Assembly: GCA_900617105.1 (NCBI GenBank)
Contig: UYFQ01000032.1
Span: forward strand, 186,001 to 250,000
DNA length: 64,000 nucleotides
Direction: 5' to 3'
Source: Hydrurus foetidus
Taxonomy: Eukaryota
This document shows positions 47,110-56,797 of this stretch, one piece after another. Position 1 is the first letter of the stretch. Each line of letters starts with the position of its first letter. Under the pieces are notes generated by a model. That model saw nothing but the letters and a program-made list of their open reading frames with translations. It was not told the origin of the DNA and searched no databases. Made by a program: the position numbers and the translations under genes.

Positions 47110-47748
47110 TTAACCCTTTTCAGCCAAGAAAATCTCGACCCGGCGGTTCTTTGCGCGGCCTGCGTCGCTGGTGTTGTCGCTGATCGGGTCTTTGTCGCCA
47201 CGCCCGTCAATCAAAATCCGCTGCGAAGCCACGCCCTTGCCGACCAGGTAGTCCCGCGCGCTGGCGGCACGGTTGACCGACAAAGGCTGGTTCACCGCAT
47301 CAGAACCCACGTTATCGGTATAACCAACGATACGCACTTCGGTCTTAGGTTGACCTGCTAAACCATTGGCAAACTGATCAAGGATCGGGCGCAAATTGGA
47401 CTTGATGTCAGCGCGGCCCGAGTCGAAAGAAATATCACTCGGAATAGCCAGCTTGAGCTGGTTGTCCGCCGTCTGCGTGACCTGCACGCCGGTGCCTGCG
47501 GTGGCTTGTTCCATAGCGGTTTTTTTCTGCTGCATGTGCTGGCTCCAGATATAGCCACCTGCACCGCCAGCCGCAGCGCCCAGCAAAGCACCCTTTTCGC
47601 CGCCGATCAACGCACCAGCAACAGCACCGATACCGGCACCAATGCCAGAGCCTTTTTGCGTCTCACTCATATTGGCGCAGCCCGTGGTGAATACGGCAAT
47701 GGCCGTTGCAGCCAAGGTAATGCGAGCCTTTGAAGACAAAATGTGCAT
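47110..47748 (-). CDS. OmpA-family lipoprotein (YiaD-like)
   Basis: TTGC lipobox, glycine zipper, GYTD...N..LS..RA, NRRVEI. Confidence 0.9.
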   Translation of the reverse strand: MHILSSKARITLAATAIAVFTTGCANMSETQKGSGIGAGIGAVAGALIGGEKGALLGAAAGGAGGYIWSQHMQQKKTAMEQATAGTGVQVTQTADNQLKLAIPSDISFDSGRADIKSNLRPILDQFANGLAGQPKTEVRIVGYTDNVGSDAVNQPLSVNRAASARDYLVGKGVASQRILIDGRGDKDPISDNTSDAGRAKNRRVEIFLAEKG

Positions 47749-47889
47749 GAGAACTCCTGTGGGAAAGCCAAAAATGGCGGGAACTGTATTAACGCACTGG
47801 CAGCGCTAGAGGTTGGCCTGGGGAACGCGCAAGGCTGTGAACTTGTGCGCAAACCGAGCGAGTCCCTCTCGTTCTGCTGCTCTCGCTCA

Positions 47890-48810
47890 TCACTTGCGCG
47901 CCCCACCCCGCGTCAGCACAAACACACCCGTGACCACCAGCGCCGTGCCTGCGGCAATCCACGCGGTGAAGGGCTCCCCCAAAATCACCACCCCCATCAA
48001 AATCGTAGACAGTGGCCCGATCATGCCGGTCTGTGCGGCGACACCAGCCCCAACGCGCTCAATGGCCATCATCACCATCAGCACGGGCGCAGCGGTACAG
48101 AGCAAAGCGTTCACGACGGACAACCAGATCACTTCAGGAGCGACAGTCAAAGCAGACGCTATCGGGCGCAGCAACGCAAACTGGGCGATACAACACAAAC
48201 AAGCCACGCTGGTAGCCCAACCGACCAAGCGCATGGAGCCTAAGCGCTTGACCAACTCGCCGCTGTACACCAAATAGACCGTGTAGCTCACCGTGCTCAA
48301 AAAAACCAGCAAGGAACCCCAAGCGGTGTTGTCGCCCGCCAGCGTGATTTCGTGGCCGAACACCACCAGTACACCGCTGTAACTTACCGCCATGGCAATG
48401 AGCTGGGTGCGGCTGGCAGGGCGTTTGTAGAGCAACCATGTGAGCAGCAGCACCAGCGTAGGATTGAGGTACAAAATCAAACGCTCCAGACTGGCGCTGA
48501 TGTAGGCGAGACCTGCAAAATCTAAAAAACTGGCCAGGTAATAGCCCGTGACCCCCAAGCCCAACACCCCCCAAACATCGTGGGACGTGAGTGGCGGCTT
48601 GCCTCGGCCAGCCCACCACGCCATAACGGCAAAGACAGGCAGTGCAAACACCATGCGGTACATGATGAGGGTGACGGCATCCACGCCGTGGCGGTAGGCC
48701 AGCTTGACGATGATGGCTTTGCCGCTGAAGGCAATGGCGCCCAGCACGGCCAGGGTGATCCCAATTGCTCTGTTTTTAGGAGCATCCATCGCACTACTTG
48801 TATACGTCAT
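47890..48810 (-). CDS. DMT/EamA family transporter
   Basis: About 10 TM segments in two EamA repeats. Confidence 0.85.
   Translation of the reverse strand: MTYTSSAMDAPKNRAIGITLAVLGAIAFSGKAIIVKLAYRHGVDAVTLIMYRMVFALPVFAVMAWWAGRGKPPLTSHDVWGVLGLGVTGYYLASFLDFAGLAYISASLERLILYLNPTLVLLLTWLLYKRPASRTQLIAMAVSYSGVLVVFGHEITLAGDNTAWGSLLVFLSTVSYTVYLVYSGELVKRLGSMRLVGWATSVACLCCIAQFALLRPIASALTVAPEVIWLSVVNALLCTAAPVLMVMMAIERVGAGVAAQTGMIGPLSTILMGVVILGEPFTAWIAAGTALVVTGVFVLTRGGARK
48766..48807 (+). repeat. Intragenic 42-bp bipartite motif, copy at DMT gene 5' end
   Basis: TGCT-CTGTTTTTAGG-AGCA-TCCAT-CGC-ACTACTTGTAT-ACGT. Confidence 0.6.
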
Positions 48811-48841
48811 CGTGGGTTTTCTTTAAAAATAAAGCACCATG

Positions 48842-48864
48842 AAAAACGGCACCCGAAGGTGCCG
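48842..48864 (-). terminator. Rho-independent terminator after tctA
   Basis: CGGCACC-TTCG-GGTGCCG-TTTTT on the minus strand. Confidence 0.8.
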
Positions 48865-48888
48865 CTTGTCATGACCGAACGCCAAATC

Positions 48889-50400
48889 TTACTCTTCGAC
48901 AAAGGCCTCTTCGCGCTTGGACTTCACCGCAGGCAGCAGCACGATGGTCAGCAGCAAGGCCGCAACCACCAACAATCCAGCCGACAAAGGACGTGTCACA
49001 AACACAGACCAGTCACCTCGTGACAGCAGCAGCGCACGGCGCAGATTTTCTTCCATCATGGGCCCCAAGATGAAACCTAACAACAGCGGTGCCGCTTCCA
49101 CGCCCAGCTTGTTGAACAGGTAGCCAATGAAGCCGAAGCCTGCGACCAGCCAAATGTCAAATGTGTTGTTGTTGGTGGAGTACACACCAACCGCACAGAA
49201 CAGCACAATGGACGGGAACAAGAAGTGGTACGGCACGCTCAAGAGCTTGATCCACATGCCAATCAATGGCAAGTTCAAAATCACCAACATCAAGTTACCG
49301 ATCCACATCGAAGCGATCAAGCCCCAGAACAACTCGGGGTTGCTTGTCATCACCTGCGGGCCGGGTTGGATATTGTGGATGGTCATCGCGCCCACCATCA
49401 GTGCCATCACAGCGTTTGGTGGGATGCCCAGCGTCAGCAAAGGAATGAAAGAGGTTTGCGCACCCGCGTTGTTAGCGGCTTCAGGGCCTGCCACACCACG
49501 GATATTGCCTTGACCCAAGGGGATTTCACCGGGCTTGAGTTTGATTTTCTTCTCGATCGTGTAAGCCGCAAACGCTGCCAACAACGCACCGCCACCGGGC
49601 AAGATACCCAGCAGCGAACCGATGGTGGTGCCACGCAAGACCGCAGGCATCATGTGCTTGAAATCTTCAGCGGTAGGCATCAGGCCTGACACGCCAGCGG
49701 TAAACACTTCGCGTTCATCCTCAGGCTGTGCCAAATTGGTAATGATTTCACCGTAACCGAACACACCCATGGCGATAGCGACAAAACCCAGGCCGTCGGT
49801 TAATTCTGGAATGTCAAAGCTGAAGCGGGCAACACCCGAGTTCACGTCAGTGCCTACCAAGCCAAGCAACAAGCCCAACACAATCATGGCAACGGCCTTG
49901 AGCAGTGAGCCAGAAGCCAGCACCACCGCACCGATCAAGCCCAAAATCATCAGCGAGAAGTATTCGGCAGGGCCAAATTTAAACGCCAATTCGGTCAAAG
50001 GAGGTGCAAACGCCGCCAAGATCAAAGTGCCGACCGAACCCGCAAAGAAGGAGCCCAAGCCCGCAGCCGCCAGCGCGGGCCCTGCTCGCCCTTTGCGCGC
50101 CATTTGATAGCCGTCCAGCGTTGTCACCACCGAAGAAGACTCACCGGGCAAGTTCACCAAAATAGCCGTGGTGGAACCACCGTACTGGGCCCCGTAGTAA
50201 ATACCGGCCAACATGATGAGCGCGGACACAGGAGGCAGTGCGTAGGTGGCAGGCAGCAACATGGCGATGGTCGCCACAGGGCCAATGCCGGGCAGCACGC
50301 CAATCAGCGTACCCAGCACACAACCAATGAACGCGTACAGCAAATTGATGGGCGTGAACGCCACACCAAAGCCGAGGGATAGATTTTGTAGAAGTTCCAT
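48889..50400 (-). CDS. tctA: Tripartite tricarboxylate transporter permease TctA
   Basis: GVLPGIG, YYGAQYGGS, EAANNA, PLLTLGIP. Confidence 0.92.
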   Translation of the reverse strand: MELLQNLSLGFGVAFTPINLLYAFIGCVLGTLIGVLPGIGPVATIAMLLPATYALPPVSALIMLAGIYYGAQYGGSTTAILVNLPGESSSVVTTLDGYQMARKGRAGPALAAAGLGSFFAGSVGTLILAAFAPPLTELAFKFGPAEYFSLMILGLIGAVVLASGSLLKAVAMIVLGLLLGLVGTDVNSGVARFSFDIPELTDGLGFVAIAMGVFGYGEIITNLAQPEDEREVFTAGVSGLMPTAEDFKHMMPAVLRGTTIGSLLGILPGGGALLAAFAAYTIEKKIKLKPGEIPLGQGNIRGVAGPEAANNAGAQTSFIPLLTLGIPPNAVMALMVGAMTIHNIQPGPQVMTSNPELFWGLIASMWIGNLMLVILNLPLIGMWIKLLSVPYHFLFPSIVLFCAVGVYSTNNNTFDIWLVAGFGFIGYLFNKLGVEAAPLLLGFILGPMMEENLRRALLLSRGDWSVFVTRPLSAGLLVVAALLLTIVLLPAVKSKREEAFVEE

Positions 50401-50415
50401 TTTTGAGGTGTCCTT

Positions 50416-50904
50416 TTAGCCTGTAATGAACGTAGGCCAGACCTGAATCTGAAGCTTCAAAAGCATGATGAAAGCGAGGTAACTGCCCACCGCCAAGACG
50501 GTCGCCAAAATAAACACGTTTCTGGCTTTGAAATGCGAATCGGCCAAGCTAGCGATGAAGGTCAGCGCGTAAATGGCAACGATCATGCCCATAGCGGGCA
50601 CCTTGATACTGGGCAAACCACCCAGCAACACACCAAAAGCCAAATTGGCCCCCAAAATCAGCGCGAGTGGCTTCCAGGCCCATTTGCCAATCGGGTCACC
50701 ACCGGACACCTTGGAACGGAAGGCATTGAAAATAATCAGTGCGCCCAAAAAGGTCAGCACCAACCCCAGCATGAGCGGGAAGTACCCAGGCCCCATGCGT
50801 GCACCGTCACCTACATTGTAGGTTTTAGCCCCTACTGCAAATGCAATGCCTACGCCGGTAAACATGAGCCCGGCGTAAAAGTCTTTTTGACTTTTAATTT
50901 CCAC
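50416..50904 (-). CDS. tctB: Tripartite tricarboxylate transporter small subunit TctB
   Basis: GTG start after AGGAG, MGPGYFP, four TM segments, upstream of tctA. Confidence 0.85.
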   Translation of the reverse strand: MEIKSQKDFYAGLMFTGVGIAFAVGAKTYNVGDGARMGPGYFPLMLGLVLTFLGALIIFNAFRSKVSGGDPIGKWAWKPLALILGANLAFGVLLGGLPSIKVPAMGMIVAIYALTFIASLADSHFKARNVFILATVLAVGSYLAFIMLLKLQIQVWPTFITG

Positions 50905-51070
50905 TGATGATCTCCTAGAAATGGTGGTTTGTGCGCATTCTGCACGGCAAACAGCCATTACCCCCATGTGGATTCCACCTATTACGGGGTAAAGAACACT
51001 CGGGATTACCCTCGCCTCATACTTGTCAAACTCTCTCGCTAAAACCAGCATAAACCCGTTATATTAGTGA

Positions 51071-52285
51071 ATGAATCCTGTTGAAAACCTGATTTGGACG
51101 GCTCACGCTGGTGCCTATGGGATGCTTATCCTGTGCTGCATCATGGTTGCGATCCGGCACCGCACCGCATCAGCGGCACAGCATGTGATTTGGGCAGGCA
51201 GTTGCGGTGTTGGCATTCTGACGCTCAACGGTCTGCTGCTGCTGGTAGCGCCTGATATCAGCCCCGAAGATTTCCGCACCCTGCGCGTGCTCTCAGGCCC
51301 ATCGTGTGTGGCTTTATCAGCCCTCTCCATGCGAGACTGGTTGGGAAGCCGCCAGCGTAATCGGGTGATTGACCTGAGCGTTATGGGTATCACACCCAGC
51401 TGTATTTTGACGAGTGTCGCTTGCTTATGGCTTCCAGAGCCCTACCCCCTCATCACCGCTGGCATGGTCGCGGTACTGGGTACCGTGGCGATTGGTGCGC
51501 TGTGCCTATGGGCTGCAATGCAGGGCGACCGCTTGGCATGGTTAGCCGCACTGGGAATCTTTGCGTTTGCGTTGAACTTGGCCGGCCAATACGGTTTGGC
51601 TTTGGGATATTTACACAGTTTGGCAGCACACGTGCTGGTCGCCACGGCCAGTACTTTTGTGTCCTTAGCTATCAGCATCCTGATCTGGACTCGCAGCCTC
51701 AAAGAATCAGACGCACTGCGCAGTAAGCAAACGTCTAGCCGCGATCCCATGACCGGCCTGGACAACGGTGTCAGCATCATCAAAAAAATCCTTGCAGCAC
51801 AAAAACGCCTGCAACTGCGCGGTGCTGAAGGCGAAGTGCTGGCCGTGATGGTGTTTGATTTTGAAGCCTTGGTGCGCCACATTGGCCCCAGTGGTGCCCA
51901 AGAACTGCTGGTTCGCTTGGGATCCAGAGTGAGCCGTGAAATTGGCCTCATCAACCCTGTGGGTCGCTACTATGACCGCTGCTACATCGTGCTGCTTGAA
52001 ACAGCCGTGTCCCCAGCAGTCACCAGCCGTCAGATTTCGTTACTGACCGAAAAACTCCGGCAACCCATGGACATCGTGGGCATGCATGGCGAAGCTCATG
52101 CCATCGTTTTGAATGTAGGCGTTGGGCGAGCCAACCTGACGCACCAAGTGGACGTGGCAACCGTGCTAGATCGGGCGCAACGCTCTGCCCGCGCGGCCTC
52201 CCACGCCCCCCCCCTCAAAACAAGTTATCAACCGATGCCCCTTGGTGACTTGAGCAGTGAGTCTGGACTTCACTCGGTTCTGTAG
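51071..52285 (+). CDS. Multi-TM protein with degenerate GGDEF domain
   Basis: About 7 TM segments, RDPMTGL; the GGDEF position reads YYDRC. Confidence 0.72.
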   Translation: MNPVENLIWTAHAGAYGMLILCCIMVAIRHRTASAAQHVIWAGSCGVGILTLNGLLLLVAPDISPEDFRTLRVLSGPSCVALSALSMRDWLGSRQRNRVIDLSVMGITPSCILTSVACLWLPEPYPLITAGMVAVLGTVAIGALCLWAAMQGDRLAWLAALGIFAFALNLAGQYGLALGYLHSLAAHVLVATASTFVSLAISILIWTRSLKESDALRSKQTSSRDPMTGLDNGVSIIKKILAAQKRLQLRGAEGEVLAVMVFDFEALVRHIGPSGAQELLVRLGSRVSREIGLINPVGRYYDRCYIVLLETAVSPAVTSRQISLLTEKLRQPMDIVGMHGEAHAIVLNVGVGRANLTHQVDVATVLDRAQRSARAASHAPPLKTSYQPMPLGDLSSESGLHSVL

Positions 52286-52407
52286 ACATATGTCAACGTC
52301 CAGTTCGCATTTGAAATTTCGTCGTCTTTCCTGAAGTTTCTTTTGATTTCAAGACCCACTGGGGCGCTATTCTTCACCCCGTTGCATTTAGGGCTTGAAC
52401 CGCACTT

Positions 52408-53307
52408 TCAATAAAAATCAGCCTCCCCCGCAGGCCGCGTTTTAAACCGTTTGTGTACCCACAAGTACTGGGCCGGGTTGCGGCGGACTTCTTCTTCAAT
52501 CCAACGGTTCATGCGGGCGGTGTCAGCCACGGCATCGTCGGAGGGGAAATCATCCCACGGGGGCAAAAACCGGACGCGATAGCCTGCGCCGCCGGGCAGG
52601 ATTTCTGTCACCACGGGTTGTACCTTCATGTGCAGCACCCGTGCCATGCGTGAAGGGGCGAGCAGCGTGGCGGCTGGGATGCCAAAGAAGGGCACAAACG
52701 CTGCATCACGCTCGCCAAAATCCATGTCGGGCAGGTTGAAGAAACCGGCCCCGTTGCGAATGGCACGCATCAGAGGTTTGGCAGTTTCGCTGCGGGCAAA
52801 AATTTGCGCGTTGCCGTGGCGCAAGCGGCCTTGGCGAATGGCGGCATCGAGCACTGGGTTGTTTTGGACTTGGTAAATCGATGCCCCAGGCCGGGCAATG
52901 TGCATTTGCACGGCGGCACCGGCCACGTCCAGGCCGACAAAATGCGGCACCAGCCACATCACTGCGCCGGGGTGGCGATCGGAAAAACCGACATCGCCTT
53001 CGACGTGGATGAGCTTTTGCAAGCGTTTGACGGGGGCGTACCAGAGCAGGCCGCGCTCCAGCACGCTGCGGCAAAACCACTGGAACAGTTCGCGGGCGAT
53101 CTGCTCGCGCTCAGACACGCTGATTTCAGGCAAACACAGCGCCAAGTTGCGCAAGGCCACCTCGCGGCGCGAGCGGGCGAGTGGCCACAGCGCTTGACCT
53201 AAAAGTCGCCCGAAAGCGGCTTGTACACCCAGTGGCAACCACTGAAAAATCCACAAAAAAGAGAGCAACAAACGCCCACCCGCTATGCTCATCCAGCGCT
53301 TCATCAT
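52408..53307 (-). CDS. Lipid A late acyltransferase (LpxL/HtrB family)
   Basis: PHFVGLD (HxxxxD), LPDMD, QYLWVHKRFKTRP. Confidence 0.88.
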   Translation of the reverse strand: MMKRWMSIAGGRLLLSFLWIFQWLPLGVQAAFGRLLGQALWPLARSRREVALRNLALCLPEISVSEREQIARELFQWFCRSVLERGLLWYAPVKRLQKLIHVEGDVGFSDRHPGAVMWLVPHFVGLDVAGAAVQMHIARPGASIYQVQNNPVLDAAIRQGRLRHGNAQIFARSETAKPLMRAIRNGAGFFNLPDMDFGERDAAFVPFFGIPAATLLAPSRMARVLHMKVQPVVTEILPGGAGYRVRFLPPWDDFPSDDAVADTARMNRWIEEEVRRNPAQYLWVHKRFKTRPAGEADFY

Positions 53308-54137
53308 GCCTCAACCCGAGGTTGTTTGTAGCGCCCGTAGCTCCAGAGGTACTGGGTGGGGCATTCGCGGATCAGGCGTTCTATTTCTTCGTTCATTTGG
53401 GCGACAGCCTCTGATGCTGACTCGGCCAGCGGACGTTGTAATTCTCGGCAATGCAAGCGGTAGCCCCGCCCCCAGGGCAGACGCTCGCCCCAGATCAGAC
53501 AAATTTCGGCACCGGTTTGCTGGGCCAGGCGCACGGCCAGCGTCATGGTGTAGGCCTCACGGCCAAAAAACGGTGCCCACGCACCCATGCCTTCGGGGGG
53601 CACTTGGTCAGGCAACAAGCCAATCGCGCGACCCTGGCGCAGGGCTTTGATCATTTGACGCACACCGGCAAGCGTTGTCGGGGCGGTGTCCAAGCCGGGG
53701 CGTTGACGCGCTGCGCGCATGAGCGGGGCCAAATAGGCTTTGCGAGCGGGGCGAAACAGCACGGTCAATGCGCCGTAATTGGCGCTGTAGCGCAAGGCCA
53801 AGGCTTGGGCGGTGATCTCAAAACAGCCCAAATGCGGGGTCAAAAACAAAACCCCTTTTTTCTGCGCATAGGCGGCATCGACACAAGCGTCGTTGTCCCA
53901 CTCGAAATGGGGCGTTTGACCCAGCCACAGCCGGGGCAATTCAGCCACCATGCACCCAATCTGGGCCACGGCAGGCCGCACTTGCGCAAAGCGGTAGCCT
54001 GCCTGGGCAGCGTTTTCATGAAAGCGGCGGCGGTAGGTGGGCGACAACGCAAAAGCCAGCCAGCCCAAGCCGCCGCCAACGAGATGCATGAACCCCAAGG
54101 GCAGTAAGGACAAAAGTTTGAAAAGAGCGAGCATCAA
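53304..54137 (-). CDS. Lipid A/lysophospholipid acyltransferase (LpxL family paralog)
   Basis: PHLGCFE, LPDQVP, QYLWSYGRYK. Confidence 0.88.
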   Translation of the reverse strand: MMLALFKLLSLLPLGFMHLVGGGLGWLAFALSPTYRRRFHENAAQAGYRFAQVRPAVAQIGCMVAELPRLWLGQTPHFEWDNDACVDAAYAQKKGVLFLTPHLGCFEITAQALALRYSANYGALTVLFRPARKAYLAPLMRAARQRPGLDTAPTTLAGVRQMIKALRQGRAIGLLPDQVPPEGMGAWAPFFGREAYTMTLAVRLAQQTGAEICLIWGERLPWGRGYRLHCRELQRPLAESASEAVAQMNEEIERLIRECPTQYLWSYGRYKQPRVEA

Positions 54138-54161
54138 AAGACGGGAGGAATAGAATTAAGC

Positions 54162-54217
54162 TGTCGCTGAGTTAATGAACTACTTGCAGGGCGACGTTAA
54201 ACAGCACTGCTAAAGCG
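54162..54217 (+). ncRNA. SAM-II-like riboswitch upstream of metK
   Basis: GTCGC-TGAGTTAA...TTGCAGG-GCGAC...AAA...GCTAAAG matches the SAM-II layout; TAGAAT -10 box at 54151-54156. Confidence 0.75.
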
Positions 54218-54277
54218 TTCGCCGAGGCTCTAGGAGCAGGCAACGCATGTTGCCACTAACCCTAGGAGTATCCCAAA

Positions 54278-55462
54278 ATGGCGAGCGATTTTCTCTTCAC
54301 CTCTGAATCCGTCTCTGAAGGCCACCCTGACAAGGTAGCTGACCAGATTTCTGATGCCATCCTTGACGCCATTTTCAAACAAGACCCACGCAGCCGCGTC
54401 GCTGCTGAAACGCTGACCAACACCGGCTTGGTCGTTTTGGCCGGTGAAATCACCACCAACGCGCATGTGGATTACATCCAAGTCGCCCGCGACACCATCA
54501 AACGCATCGGCTACGACAACACCGAATACGGCATCGACTACAAGGGTTGTGCCGTCATGGTGTGCTATGACAAACAGAGCAATGACATTGCACAGGGCGT
54601 AGACCACGCCAGCGATGACCACCTCAACATCGGCGCCGGCGACCAAGGTTTGATGTTCGGCTACGCCTGTAACGAAACACCCGAGTTGATGCCAGCCCCC
54701 ATCTATTACGCCCACCGCTTGGTCGAGCGCCAAGCGCAACTGCGCAAAGATGGCCGTCTGCCGTTCCTGCGCCCCGATGCCAAGAGCCAAGTGACGATGC
54801 GCTATGTGGACGGTAAGCCGCACAGCATTGACACCGTGGTGCTGTCCACCCAACACAGCCCCGACCAAAGCGAAACCGCCACCAAAATGAAGGCTTCGTT
54901 CACTGAAGCCATCATTGAAGAAATCATCAAGCCCGTGCTGCCCAAAGAGTGGCTGCTGAACACGCGCTACTTGATTAACCCCACAGGCCGTTTTGTGATT
55001 GGAGGCCCGCAAGGCGATTGCGGCTTGACTGGGCGCAAGATCATCGTGGACACCTACGGCGGAGCTTGCCCGCACGGCGGTGGCGCATTCTCGGGCAAAG
55101 ACCCGTCCAAAGTCGACCGCTCAGCGGCTTATGCCGCGCGTTATGTGGCCAAAAACATCGTTGCTGCGGGGCTCGCCCGCCAGTGCCAAATCCAGGTGGC
55201 CTACGCGATTGGCGTGGCCAAACCCATGAACGTGACGGTCTACACCGAAGGCACCGGGGTGATCTCTGATGAACAAATCGCAGCTTTGGTCAATGAGCAT
55301 TTCGATTTGCGCCCCAAGGGCATCATCCAAATGCTGGATTTGCTGCGCCCCATCTACGAAAAGACCGCCGCTTACGGTCACTTTGGCCGCGAAGAACCTG
55401 AATTCACCTGGGAACGTACCGATAAATCACAGATATTGCGTGCAGCAGCAGGTTTGAAGTAG
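54278..55462 (+). CDS. metK: S-adenosylmethionine synthetase
   Basis: [26 protein letters not shown]. Confidence 0.98.
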   Translation: MASDFLFTSESVSEGHPDKVADQISDAILDAIFKQDPRSRVAAETLTNTGLVVLAGEITTNAHVDYIQVARDTIKRIGYDNTEYGIDYKGCAVMVCYDKQSNDIAQGVDHASDDHLNIGAGDQGLMFGYACNETPELMPAPIYYAHRLVERQAQLRKDGRLPFLRPDAKSQVTMRYVDGKPHSIDTVVLSTQHSPDQSETATKMKASFTEAIIEEIIKPVLPKEWLLNTRYLINPTGRFVIGGPQGDCGLTGRKIIVDTYGGACPHGGGAFSGKDPSKVDRSAAYAARYVAKNIVAAGLARQCQIQVAYAIGVAKPMNVTVYTEGTGVISDEQIAALVNEHFDLRPKGIIQMLDLLRPIYEKTAAYGHFGREEPEFTWERTDKSQILRAAAGLK

Positions 55463-55515
55463 GGATTTAGGATGCAGGGGGTACTTAGCAAACATCCTCT
55501 GCCTACAATGGTTTC

Positions 55516-56784
55516 ATGCTAAAAAAAATCCCGACCCAAGAGGTACGTATAGGAATGTACCTGCATGAGCTGTCTGGTGCATCATGGATCAACCATCCCT
55601 TTTGGAAAAGTAAATTCATCATCCAAGATCCAACGGATCTTCAGCGATTGCTCGGCAGCAGCGTGACGGATGTCTGGATTGATGTTGCATTAGGGTTGGA
55701 TGTTGCCCCACGAGAGCCTGTGCCGGAACCCATCGCAGCGCCGGCATCTGTCGTAGAGTCGGCACCTCAGCTCCCCACCGTTCAAGCCAGTGCCTCGGAA
55801 ACTATCGCACCGCAAAAGCCCATGAGCATTGAGCAAGCTGCTCAGCGTGCAACCCTCATCAAGCAGCACGCTAAAGAGGAAATTACCTCGCTTTTTCAAC
55901 AGGCTCGGCTAGGTAACGCAGTCACTACCGGCCACCTTGGTCCGTTAGTTGCTGATATTTCAGCATCCGTCATGTTGAATCCAGGTGTTTTTATCAGCTT
56001 GGCCAGGCTCAAAAATAAGGATGACTACACCTACTTGCATTCAGTCACAGTTTGCGCTTTGATGGTGGCATTGGGACGACAACTGGGGTTTGATGAGGCC
56101 TTGCTACGTGACGCTGGCATGGCGGGCTTGTTGCATGACTTGGGTAAAGCCTTGATACCCTTGGAAATTCTGAATAAACCGGGCAAATTGACAGATGCTG
56201 AATTTGCCATTGTCAAAAAACACCCCCAAGATGGCTACGACCTTCTCGAAGGGAACACGGACAGGGGCTCCTTAGCTGCACGCGATGTCAGTTTGCACCA
56301 CCATGAAAAATTCAATGGGACGGGTTACCCAGAACGTCTTGCAGGTGAATCTATCAGTGTGCTGTCACGCATGGCTGCAGTGTGCGATGTGTACGATGCC
56401 ATAACCTCCAACAGACCTTACAAAACCGGTTGGGATCCCGCTGAAACTCTGCGTCAAATGGCAGTATGGACCAAGGAAGGGCACTTTGAGACCAGGATAT
56501 TTCAGGCCTTCGTCAAAAGCATTGGCATCTACCCCACAGGCTCACTGGTCAAGCTGCAATCAGGACGACTGGGTGTTGTGCTGGAGCAAAACGAAAAATC
56601 AGCGCTGACACCGCGCGTCAAGGCGTTCTTCTCGATCAAATCCAACATGCACATCATGCCGGAGATCATCGACCTGTCAGCCCCTCACACCAAAGAGCGC
56701 ATCGTGGGGCGAGAAATCCCGGAGGATTGGAAAATCACCAATTTAGAAGAAATTTGGATGGGTGTGGCAGCCCGTAAGTCTTAA
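55516..56784 (+). CDS. HD-GYP c-di-GMP phosphodiesterase with DUF3391-like N-terminus
   Basis: IGMYL...WINHPFW, LLHDLGK, HHEKFNGTGYP, DVYDAITS.RPYK. Confidence 0.9.
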   Translation: MLKKIPTQEVRIGMYLHELSGASWINHPFWKSKFIIQDPTDLQRLLGSSVTDVWIDVALGLDVAPREPVPEPIAAPASVVESAPQLPTVQASASETIAPQKPMSIEQAAQRATLIKQHAKEEITSLFQQARLGNAVTTGHLGPLVADISASVMLNPGVFISLARLKNKDDYTYLHSVTVCALMVALGRQLGFDEALLRDAGMAGLLHDLGKALIPLEILNKPGKLTDAEFAIVKKHPQDGYDLLEGNTDRGSLAARDVSLHHHEKFNGTGYPERLAGESISVLSRMAAVCDVYDAITSNRPYKTGWDPAETLRQMAVWTKEGHFETRIFQAFVKSIGIYPTGSLVKLQSGRLGVVLEQNEKSALTPRVKAFFSIKSNMHIMPEIIDLSAPHTKERIVGREIPEDWKITNLEEIWMGVAARKS

Positions 56785-56797
56785 CACTTCAACCTAA

